DNA from: Zootoca vivipara | Taxonomy: Eukaryota | Reading direction: 5' to 3' | Length of the DNA stretch: 64,000 bases | NCBI RefSeq assembly: GCF_963506605.1 | Contig: NC_083288.1 | Location: 25,730,001-25,794,000, forward strand | In this document: piece after piece, positions 38,905-49,314 of the stretch | Numbering within the stretch: the first letter of the stretch is position 1 | How the letters are laid out: every line of letters starts with the position of its first letter | Notes under the pieces: model-generated | Database searches by the model: none | The model's input: the letters and a program-made list of their open reading frames with translations, nothing else | What the model was told of the DNA's origin: nothing | Translations under genes and position numbers: made by a program

Positions 38905-39064
38905 CTGTGGCAAAGGCATCTGCCAGGCATCGAAGTTTCCAGGGCACTGCAAACTCTTCGCTAGCGAAGTTGGCACGGGGTGGCATGTAGTTGTTTTGCA
39001 GGTAGGCCCGAGGGTTGAACTTCTGGTAGCTTTCGGCCACAGTCGCAACACCATTGGCGCTCAT
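38905..39064 (-). CDS. PNMT: PNMT exon 1 of 3 (gene CDS span 31313-39064, 266 aa; phenylethanolamine N-methyltransferase)
   Basis: MSANGVATVAESYQKFNPRAYLQNNYMPPRANF...VPWKLRCLADAFAT(G); PNMT-type AYLxNNYxPPR and PWKLRCL; 160 nt; GTAGGT donor. Confidence 0.93.
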
Positions 39065-39120
39065 GTCTGGGGAAATGCTTGGCTGTGTCCGGCTCACGCA
39101 ACTGGCTCTGGGTGAGTGGC

Positions 39121-39126
39121 TTTATA
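39121..39126 (-). promoter_or_regulatory. PNMT TATA box (TATAAA)
   Basis: Minus strand gggcTATAAAgcc about 57 nt upstream of the PNMT ATG. Confidence 0.65.
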
Positions 39127-41073
39127 GCCCAGGTTGACCGAATGCAATTAGTCCCGAGTACTTTGGGCTGATACCATCAGAAACAGCCTGCGGGGCCTCT
39201 CTAAATTGGGGCCATTTCTCTCGCACACTCTTCCGCTTGCGGTGGAGTAATTGAGAAGACCTTTCCAGAAGCTTGATGGAGGTCCTGGCAACGCCGGGGG
39301 CGAGGGAACGGATTGCTTTATCTCGCACTGGATAGTCGTTTAATAACTCTATTGAAAGGACACTTTATTGAAGCTGTTCATCCCGTATAACCAAATTACT
39401 GTCAGGAACTAGGGTGGGTCGGGAGGGGGAGTCTGTGCCATTTGTCAGGGAAGAGCCTCGCTGGCAGAAGGTTAGACTGTCTAGTGGTTTTTACTGTTGA
39501 GCCCTCTTCTCAGAAAACTCTGAGATTTGTAACTCCGTGAAGGGAATAGAGTTCTCCTAGCAACTCTCAGCCCCTTAACAAACTACAGCTCCCAGAATTT
39601 GAGGGTAGAAGCCATGACTGTTTACAGTGGCACATAGTGCTTTAAATGTATGGTGTGAATGTGGTTCTTTCTGCTTTTCACATTGTTACCCTATCTTTCC
39701 CCCCCAAAGAGCTTGGGATGGCATACACAGACCCTATTTTCCAGGGACTGTCCTGGATTTATAGAAGCCGTCCCCATTTCTGATTTGATCCCGGAATGCC
39801 TCACTTTTCCTTAGGACGTACCTATTTTCATCAGAGAAATGTTGGAGGGTATGGAGTTATCTGACCCCCCCCCCCCCGAGCCGTCTGAAGGCAATCCTGT
39901 ATACTGGGAAGGATTTGTTTTTTTAAAAAAATGTTTTATTATGTTTTTGTATATGTTGGAAGCTGCCCAGAGTGGCTGGGGCCACCCAGTCAGATGGGTG
40001 GGGTTTAAATAGTAAAATTGTTGTTGTTGTTGTTATGGAATAGGACGCCCCAGTTTTCATGAGAGAAATGTTGGAGGGTATGCCTACGCTTCTAACCGTT
40101 TGTCCTCACAATGACCCTGTGCAGCAGGCTAGGTTGTGAGAGGATGACTTGGCCTCAAGTGACCTCCATAGCCAGGATTTGAGCCCAGTCCTCTTGCCTG
40201 GTCAAGGCCTGACACACCACTAACTAGTTTTCCTTCTCTCTTTGCCACCCTCTGCCTTCCCTCCAACCAATGCCTCCCGCAATCTCTTGCACACACAGAG
40301 AGACATGTGCATCAAGAGTCCTGCCCTCTCTGCCCACAACACTCCATACTGCGTTACTTTTTTGCCCAGTCGGCTTGTCACGTTGCCCCCTGTCCCCACC
40401 TCACCCTGTAGGAGGAGACAGCTCAGTCCACTCAGGACATTTTCTCCCCGTTATGCCAAAGTTTTGACATTTTGTCTCTGGGGCTGATCGAAAGTGCCTT
40501 TGAACCTGGCACTGTGTCCATGTGAGAGAGAAGAAGGGAAGGAGGGAGGGCTGTTGGTCCTCCTGAAACCAGAGTGAGGTAGTGAGGGGAGGGGAAATGA
40601 GTGGGTGGAAAGATATTTCTTTCCCAATGACTTCATCCCCCAGACGCGTCGTTACTCAGCTGTGCTGGCTCAGTGCAAAACTCTCCGGCCAGTGAATCCC
40701 GTAACCCTTTTATCCATCCATCACCAAATGTCTTTCTGAATCGCATCCCCATACTCGTAATTTCTCTTCGTCAGAGGAAAGGACACCTAGGTTCATTTCA
40801 TTATCCAAAGCCAGAAAGTTCCAGAAATTCTGCTGAGATTTCATGTCTGCATAGTGACATCGTAGGAACATATGAGATCATAATAAGGGTCATGTACATT
40901 ACAGAAATTAGTATCCCTGCAGCACATGAGATCACAGCGGTAAGCGTTCTCATTATCAACCTGGATGAGGCCGCCCCATGTCACAGCAGTCTTCTTCCGG
41001 CAACCAAGTATTTTCTCAAAAAACCTTCCCATATGAGATGAAGAGTAAACAAGAGAAAGGGGGGAGATTAAAC

Positions 41074-41326
41074 CAGGGGTAGGCAACCTAAGGCCCGGGG
41101 GCTGGATGGATCCAGCCCAATCGCCTTCTAAATCCGGTGCGCAGATAGTCTGGGAATCAGCGTGTTTTTACATGAGTAGAATGTGTGATTTTATTTTAAA
41201 TGCATCTCTGGGTTATTTGTGGGGCACAGGAATTCATTCATTTCCCCCCAAAAAATATAGTCCGCCCCCCCCAAGGTCTGAGGGACAGTGGACCGGCCCC
41301 CTGCTGAAAAAGTTTGCTGACCCCTG
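41074..41326 (+). mobile_element. hAT MITE, OposCharlie1-like termini
   Basis: CAGGGGT...ACCCCTG, 8-bp TSD GATTAAAC. Confidence 0.82.
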
Positions 41327-42334
41327 GATTAAACATTTGCATTTCCCCTAGTAATCAACTGGATTTCACATGAAATGCTCAACCTCCTTCGAAATCACTG
41401 CTTACCCTTGAAGTTAAACACATCCCCATTTTACAGATGATACAAGGGAAGTAAAATCCACTGCTGATCAAAGATTAGAATCCAGATCTCAGACCCTCCA
41501 ACTGTCCCCATTTTCAAGGGACTGTCCCGGATTTACAGAAGTCATCCCAGTTTCTGATTTGATCCTGGAATGTCCTGGTTTTCCGGCTTAGGGCGTCCTT
41601 ATTTTCACCAGAGAAATGTTGGAGGGTATGCCATACATGCTCCTCTTGCCACTGAGGAATTGTGAACTTCCAATTCATTAGACGTTGGGTTCTTTTGACA
41701 GGTGATGAATATGGGCACCCATAAGTTGTCAAATACTAAATATTGACTTCTATTCAGCAGCGTCATGCTGCATAAACCACTGCATATACCGCTGTGTGCT
41801 GACCGTCAAAGACTGCTGTGGCTTCAATATTTGGAGGAGCCAGAGATGGCCACCAGCTTTAAAAGAGGATTAGACAAATTCATGCAGGAGAGGGCTATCG
41901 AAAGCTGTCGCTATGACCTTCCTCCACAGTTAGAGGCAGTAATGCTTCTAAATAGCAGTCATAAGAACATAAGGAGAGCTTGAGGGATCAGACCAACAGC
42001 CCATCTAGTCCACCATCCTGTTCTCACAGTGACAGACCCGTTGTTGGAAACCGCAATGGGAGAGTGTCTCGCATGTTTGTGGAGCTGAGCCTCAGCAATT
42101 GAGAGAGATATTTCTCTAGTCGAGGACCTGGGCATCCCTCTTGAGAATCAAAAGAAACCGTTGTATCTTGGCTTCCAGTGGGCCCAGATTGGAAGCACCG
42201 AACTAAATGGCAACAAACATTATTTCTATAATGTTTAGGGAGGCTTTTAATGTTTAATAGATTACTGTGTTTTATTTTTCTGTTGGAAGCCGCCCAGAGT
42301 GGCTGTGGAAACCCAGCCAGATGGGCAGGGTATA

Positions 42335-42380
<46 letters not shown>

Positions 42381-42655
42381 CTCTCCAGCTCCCATTTCAG
42401 AATAGTGCATGTTTTGATCTTCCGTGCTAAATTAATGAAATGACCCGTCGACAGCCACAAGTTGCTGCCAGGAAATGACAGGGTTAAAAATGTATTTTAA
42501 AAAAATATTGTCACGTCACAAATTTGGTTTCCAGTAGCAAACGCACCCAGGGAAAGGGAGGGGAGGTGTCCAGTATCAGAATGCTCCACCAGTGACTTTG
42601 CAAGACTGATATAGCTCTGAATGCCAACCCCTCTGGAATCGGCATTCAGGAAACC

Positions 42656-42663
42656 TATATAAA
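42656..42663 (+). promoter_or_regulatory. TCAP TATA box (TATATAAA)
   Basis: ccTATATAAAtc about 85 nt upstream of the TCAP ATG. Confidence 0.65.
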
Positions 42664-42746
42664 TCACCCGCAGCAGGGACAATAGGCTAGACCGAAGGGA
42701 GACTCTGAGAACTCATCCTAGTTCAAGCAGAAGCCCAGCCGCAACA

Positions 42747-42895
42747 ATGCACGGAAAGAGCGTGGTCCTTCGCAGCTCCGGGAGCCTGGCTGCAGCCGAG
42801 CTGAGCTGCCAGGTATCAGAGAGAGACACATCCCGGAAGGAATCCTTCAGTGCGGAATGGAAGGACCTCTCACTCACCGCTAGGCCTGAGAATGG
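42747..42895 (+). CDS. TCAP: TCAP (telethonin) exon 1 of 2 (CDS span 42747-44309, 177 aa)
   Basis: MHGKSVVLRSSGSLAAAELSCQVSERDTSRKESFSAEWKDLSLTARPEN(G), cf. human MATSELSCEVSEENCERREAFWAEWKDLTLSTRPEEG; 149 nt, phase-2 GTGAGT donor. Confidence 0.92.
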
Positions 42896-43924
42896 GTGAG
42901 TGTTGGGCTTGGGTCTGGTTGGGACCCTAGCCTTGGTCCAAACTGTTATAATCCAGCCAGGTGGCTTTGTATTTGTTAGAGAAGTCTACTGGCTTGATCC
43001 TCCCAAGGAAGCCTAGATAAAGTCAAGTATTGGTAGATGTTAAACATGCATTGCAGGGGGTTGGACTAGAGGACTCTTGGGGCCCCTGCCAGCTCTATGA
43101 TTCTATGATACAGTCAAGTCTTGGAGGTGCCAGACATGTGGGAATTCTGTCAAAGAGGAGGGGCAGGGGGAGACAGCTCAGGCCCCATCAGTGTATAAAG
43201 TTTGGGGGCTTTTTTTGCCCCAGTGTGCATCACATCGAGGCACTTACCCATTCACTCAGCTTGCAGAGATCCTTTCGCCAGAGCTGATTTCCAGGCGCTG
43301 TTTGCTTTTTTATGCTCTGAATAATTTGGTGTGCTCAGCAAATGAGACCACGGCATGGTTCACCTCTGACAATGAAAGCGTAGACTCTGCTTTTAGCAAT
43401 TGTGGTGATTCAGTTTTGAGTGCTAAATCTCTGCTCTGGTTAATCTGTCCCTTTCCTTTCTAACCCTTTGCAACTTGTATGAGTATGAAATCAGGGGAGA
43501 AAGTATTTCGCCCGGTATGAAGCAGTCTAATCATATTTGCCAGGCTAGGGCTGGGATGGTAAGGTGTGGGGGGGTTTTAAGACTGGGAGAGGGGGCTTTG
43601 GGGTGCATAGAATAACAGAAGGAGGTGTTGCTCAGCGCAGGATTCGTAACACTGGGTGCAACTAGGGCATCACTGTCAGATGGCTGCCTAGTCTCTGCTT
43701 GTCAACCTTTTAAGCAAAGAAGAGCATAGGAACCTAGGAAGCTGCGTTAAACCAAATCAAACCCATTGGGCCATCTAGCTTAGCACTGTCTACAGGGACT
43801 GGCAGTGGCTCTCCAGGGATTTGGGCAGAAGTCTCTTCCAACCCCACTTGGAGATGCTAAGGCATGACTGAACCAGAGCCTTGGGGTGAATCTATGATTA
43901 ATTCTCCACTCCTTCTCTCCACAG

Positions 43925-44309
43925 CTGGTCTCGGTTTGAAGCAGACAAGCAGCGCAGAGAAACTTACCGCCAGCAACGGGAAGCCCGGGTCATAGTGCAG
44001 AGGTCTCCATGGGGCATCCTTCGCTTGGGTCTGCTGGGCCATCCTCTGACCTCCTACCACCTGCCCTACCAGCGGCCTTTGCCCCTGCCCATCTTCACAC
44101 CGACCAAGCTAAGCGCCAGGGAGCTCACCCCAACTCCCTCAGAGTCTGTGGAGTCCTTGCCGGCGTCCGGCGTGTGTCTTGATAAGAAATCTGTGGCCGA
44201 GATCACCAAGGAGCTTCCCCTGGTCATCCAGCCCACCTGCCCCGACTTCAAGAAAGGCTTGCCCCGCTCCTTGTCCCGTTCCATGTCTCAGGATGCCCAG
44301 AGAGGCTGA
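43925..44309 (+). CDS. TCAP: TCAP exon 2 (terminal)
   Basis: WSRFEADKQRRETYRQQ...VQRSPW...YHLPYQRPLPLPIFTP...VAEITKELP...RSLSRSMSQDAQRG*; hallmark telethonin C-terminus. Confidence 0.96.
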
Positions 44310-45812
44310 GCGTCCGGGACCTTTCCCCAACGCAACGACTTTCCTTCGGGAACTGGCTTGGATGCCTCGGGGGTGGTGGCCCCCACCCCACACCTGTTGC
44401 TGCATGAGGACAATCCGAAGGGGGCCAGGGACATAGAAAAGATTTGGTAGGATCGAAGCCACCTTGAGGACTCCAACGGAGAACTCTTGGGGGTGGGGTG
44501 GGGGCAAGGACTAGGACTAGGGCTATCTCTGTGTGTAAATGTATATATTAGATGTACAGCATCGCGCACTTCTTCCACCAGTGCTTTCCTTTCTGCACCG
44601 TGCATTGCAGTGGTGTTTATTTTATTTTTTTAAGGACTACCTCCCCAGGGAGAGTTAGGGAGAGCCCCTGAATTAAAGGAGAGAGAAACAGAAAACAGCA
44701 AGAATGTCATACACAAAGCAGCTCGTGGAGGTGAAGGGCCCTCCTCCCTGTGGTTTCACATAGCTGGGTGAAACATATTTGTAGATGGATGGTGATGGGA
44801 GCCCTGCTTCGTGAGTTTAGCAGGAGAGAGCGAGGGTTCCTTGCAGAAAGAAGAGGAAGGTTGAAGGGTTAGCGGCAAGTGAGAGAGTATGGAAGACACT
44901 GGCGATGCTCCTGGTTCTGTTTCAGCCGATGTGGCCTGTGCAGGTGTTTGGTGGGTGGAGAGGAATCCGAATGTTGTACTTGAGGAGCGGGGAGAGCTTA
45001 ATGGGACTAAACGACTTCTGAGGTGGTGTTCTCTCACCCTCCTCCCCAGATAGACCTGACTTGGGGTATGGGGGCTTAGTAAATTTCCCAGTGCATATAT
45101 AATGAGGAACATCTGCATCTTGGGGAGGTGAAGATGAGCCAAAGTTGAATTAAGGGGCTAATAGAGAAGGAAAGGAAGAGGCCTGGATAGAAGAGGTTCA
45201 AGGAACAGATTTGGTTTTACACCTCATCCCACCAAACTCCTCCTCATAGGGTATGATAAACTATAGAGAAATCATTAACAATTGTAGAGAAATCCACTGT
45301 GAATACCCCCTCCCAAAATGTCCTGTATTTCTTGTCCTTTGTTTTACTTTTGAAGAAAGTAAAAAATATCGATCATAGTGGAATGCTGTTTGGTGATTTA
45401 TTGTATTCTTACAAGATAAATAAAAATGAGGGGAATGACGGAAAAAAAAATGTCTCCTTAATTTCAAAGACCTCCTTACTTTCGAAGACTTTGCATCTTT
45501 GTCAGTTGCCTGGCAAAGTTGCCCACCTCTCTTTTTCATGCTCAAGGGATGTGTGCCCTGAAGAGTGACGCAGAAGTCCAACGGGTGCAAAGGAAAGGAA
45601 GCTGGTGTCCCAACTATGAAGAAAGCCAAGTCGGCCACTGATTCTGTGCTGCAACCTCGCAAGCAGACGTCAGTCTCTCAGTTCATTTCACGCTGCAGCA
45701 CACATTAGGAAGCAAAGCAAAACGAAGCAAACCTTACCTTGCTGCTTTTGGAAACACAACATCGAATTGGGTGGCATAGTTTGGTTCAGTCCAGCTTGCG
45801 TTAGTCAAGGAG

Positions 45813-46600
45813 CAGGGGCGTACCCAGGATCAAAACTAGGGAGGGGGGCGAGCCATGGTCGTTCAGGTTGTGACATTTCAGCACGGAAAAGGCGAATGAA
45901 ACCAAACTTTTAAGAAAATTATATATAATTATAGCAGTGCTTTATTACGGTAGTTATTACAATTATTTGCTTGAATTTTTTTAAATTTTTATTCTAGTTA
46001 CATGTCTTATACTAATATCATTTTTCTTGGGTTTGAAGAAAACTTGTTCAAAACTTTCGTTTCAACCCAGTCCTGATTTTCCTTGAAGAATTTCCGATGG
46101 ACGCTCATCAAACACAACCCAGTCAGTCTGTCGTCTCCCATTGTACTTCTGAGCCAGGTCTTTACCCTTTTAAATTTAATTTTCTTACAGAAATTACTTA
46201 ACTTACCTTTTTGGAACCAGTTTCTTATATCCATTTAGGCAGCCTCAATGTCTTCTAAATGTAAATAAGAAGGTAAACTAATAGCGGGCGGCTCAGTTTA
46301 GTGACGCGGAACTCACTAGACCCCTCTAGAAGATTCCCTCTTCTCTCTGCTAGAGCCCGCTAGAGACCTCTCCCTCTCTTGAATCCCAGTGGCTGGCTGA
46401 CATAGATTCTTCTACCAGTTGCTAGGTGGCTCTAGATACTTCTCGGTTTTTACACCATTTTAGTGTGTAAACACCATGTTTTTACACCATCACCCTACCT
46501 AATTTTGTTTCGTTTCATCACTTTATAATCATTAAAAAAATTTTTTTTTGCTTCTCGGGGGGGGCAGCTGCCCCCCTTCCCCTCGCTGGGTACGCCCATG
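45813..46600 (-). mobile_element. hAT deletion derivative keeping the transposase C-terminus
   Basis: TIR CAGGGGCGTACCCAG/CTGGGTACGCCCATG, TSD TCAAGGAG; ORF 46007-46234 contains KRVKTWLRSTMGDDRLTGLCLMSVH (hAT dimerization-domain motif). Confidence 0.88.
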
Positions 46601-46901
46601 TCAAGGAGCATGCAGCTGTTCACATGACTTCCATTGCGGAAAGAGGGAATAAACATGGTTTATTTACCCTTACAAATGAACATGGCTGGAAGGATGAGCC
46701 CACAGGAGCAAGAACTGCAGTAGGGAAACAGTGGGGAGGGGCAGGATTAAGCTGCTTCTGTGTCTCCATTTGGGATCTCTCCCTCCTGGAGCTGCTACGA
46801 CACGTGTATGAATGCAACATCCTCCTTACTTACCAGAGGTAAAACACCCTCAAAACAAGCACCCTTCCATCACAGCCAGCCCCACACCAGGATGTGTGAA
46901 T

Positions 46902-46991
46902 CATAGCTGCCAAGTTTTTCCTTTTCTTGCGAGGAAGCCTATTCAGCATAAGGGAAAATCCCTTAAAAAAAGGGATAACTTGGCAGCTATG
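46902..46991. mobile_element. 90-bp hAT-type MITE
   Basis: TIR CATAGCTGCCAAGTT, TSD GTGTGAAT. Confidence 0.88.
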
Positions 46992-48321
46992 GTGTGAATG
47001 GAAGTCCCCCTTCAAACACACATACGCCCAGGTACTGCACAGGAACATGGACCTCCCCGGTGATTATGAGCTGTATTCAACTAACAGCGAAGTATAACCC
47101 CATGGGTATATGCTGAATAAAAGTTAGTTGAACACAACCCATAGAGACAAAAAAGTGATCGCAAGATGTCCTTTTAAACCACAACATCTTTTTCGCAACT
47201 CGGACCTGGATGTTGTTGAGAAGAGACCTTTGAATCAGCAAATATTTTCCCCCTTCACCAAAATCTCCCCTCAACTCCACAAATCCCCTGAGCTCCATTG
47301 TTGAAAATGTGCCTGAGCCGATTCATTAGCTAACAGTTTATAGCTAGCTAACCGCATGTTCACAATGATCAAAGCATGTAGACCCTTGTCGAAATCTGTG
47401 ACTCCCTAAGGATATCCAGGATATATCCAGGGAGTAAATCTGTGACTGAAGGCAGGTTTAGCATTGGAAGTCATGTGACGTTTGAAAAGAAACACCTCAG
47501 AATGCAGTTATTGAGTTCACTGGAAAGGCCTACGTCCATCTCCAGCCTATGTGAAAACAGGGAGTTTTGCGGCAACTTAAAAGACTTTAAAAGTGGATTG
47601 TGGCATAAGGTTTTGTGGAGTAAAGTGGACAACTCCTTTTGCCACAATAAATTTGCTAGTCTTAAAGGTGCCACAAGGGAAGGGCTGCTCAGTAGCAGAG
47701 CCTGTGATTTGTATCCTAAAGGCCACGGGTCCAAACCCTGGTGCCTGCAGACAGAGACGGAAAGACTTGTTTAAAATTCTGGAGAGCTACTGCCAGTCAT
47801 TGTGGACTATGGACTCAGCTACATTAGCCAAAAAACAGTGTTTTGAATGCGTTATAAACATGCAACACCATATGGTGCTGGAGAGCAAATAAAAAATAAA
47901 AAATATATTTGCAATTTCCCATTTTGTTTTCTTTCCTTGTTATAACAATTTAATTTCTGGCTTACTTATAGCGTTTTTTTTCCTTGTGTGAAGATCCACC
48001 CTAATTAAATGAAAATTTGGGGTTGCCTTTTACAGCCCAAATCTCCCAAGGGACTCAGAGTCCCCTATGTCCATGACTGGTCAGAGAAGAATGGGTAGAG
48101 GCAGGAATCAGTAGAAAGAAGGAAGGGATATCTTTATTTTTGTGTGGCAACAGAGTCCCACCACCACCACCTTTCACAATGGTGAGGAACCAGAACAAAA
48201 GTGTGTAACAACTTTTAAAGATTTTAAAAATTGCCCAAGTCCTTCGCCAAAGACCACCCAAAAGCGTCATACAATCGTTACAGAAAGAGGCAGTCTACAA
48301 CAGAAATTTGATCGTGTGGCC

Positions 48322-48571
48322 CAGGGGTCAGCAAACTTTTTCAGCAGGGGGCCAGTCCACTGTCCCTCAGACCTTGTGGGGGGCCGGTCTATATTTTGGG
48401 GAAAAAATCGAATGAATTCCTATGCCCCACAAATAACCCAGAGATGCATTTTAAATAAAAGGACACATTCTACTCATGTAAAAACATGCTGATTTCTGGA
48501 CCGTCCACGGGCCGGATTTAGAAGGCGAATGGGCCGCATCCGGCCCCCGGGCCTTAGTTTGGGAACCCCTG
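48322..48571 (-). mobile_element. hAT MITE, same family as 41074, inverted
   Basis: CAGGGGT...ACCCCTG, TSD GTGTGGCC. Confidence 0.82.
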
Positions 48572-49264
48572 GTGTGGCCTGTCTGCTGTCAAGATCCATG
48601 ATAATGCTTGCCGAATGCATTACCCGGGCCAGTCTGGACCATTCTTTGGAAATGGTAAATGCTCTAGTTTCTGAAATCATTGTCACAGACCTCTCCTGTT
48701 CATACACAGGATTTGTAGGTGAAAAGAAAAGGGTTTTCCAGGATATTTCCCTTTACTGCAGGGGAAATATTTGGGGTTACCAAGAGAGCTAAAATGACAT
48801 TGGTATTGACCTATGTACTAAAATAAAGTGTCTACTTCTTCGGAGAATATTTCCTAATTTTGAAGGATGAAGGATTGGTTTTCTGTGGAATGTGTGTCCC
48901 TTAATTTTTTTTTTAATAACACAATACAGACCAATGGTCTGACTTGGGATAAGGCAGATCCGTCCTATATTTGTTGTTGTTTTCCTTAGGCTGCAGACCT
49001 CTTTGTTGCTTCTGCTGCCAAGGCAGCTATGCCTCTAGAAATTCAGCCTAACCCAGTATAACATAACAGCATGAGATACTTTCGTAGGGGATGCTGCCTG
49101 ACAAGACCATGCCTTGGCATTGTGCTCTTAAGGAATGGCGAGAGCAGTGCGGAATGTGTTTATCTCCTTCAGAAGGACGGATCACATTTGGGTTTGTCAC
49201 ATGTGTAAACAGATCCCAGAATTCTGTTGGGGCTCTGATTGTTTTGCACTGTGCAAACAGCAGC

Positions 49265-49314
<50 letters not shown>

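Noticed and set aside
31313-39064. NNMT/INMT rather than PNMT
   Set aside because: PNMT-type motifs (NNYxPPR, PWKLRCL, ESxYLAGEA, GVDDV) and synteny with PGAP3 and TCAP favour PNMT.
39065-39097. N-terminal extension of PNMT in the ORF track (MSRTQPSISPD)
   Set aside because: Starts at GTG about at the predicted TSS; the first true ATG is 39064.
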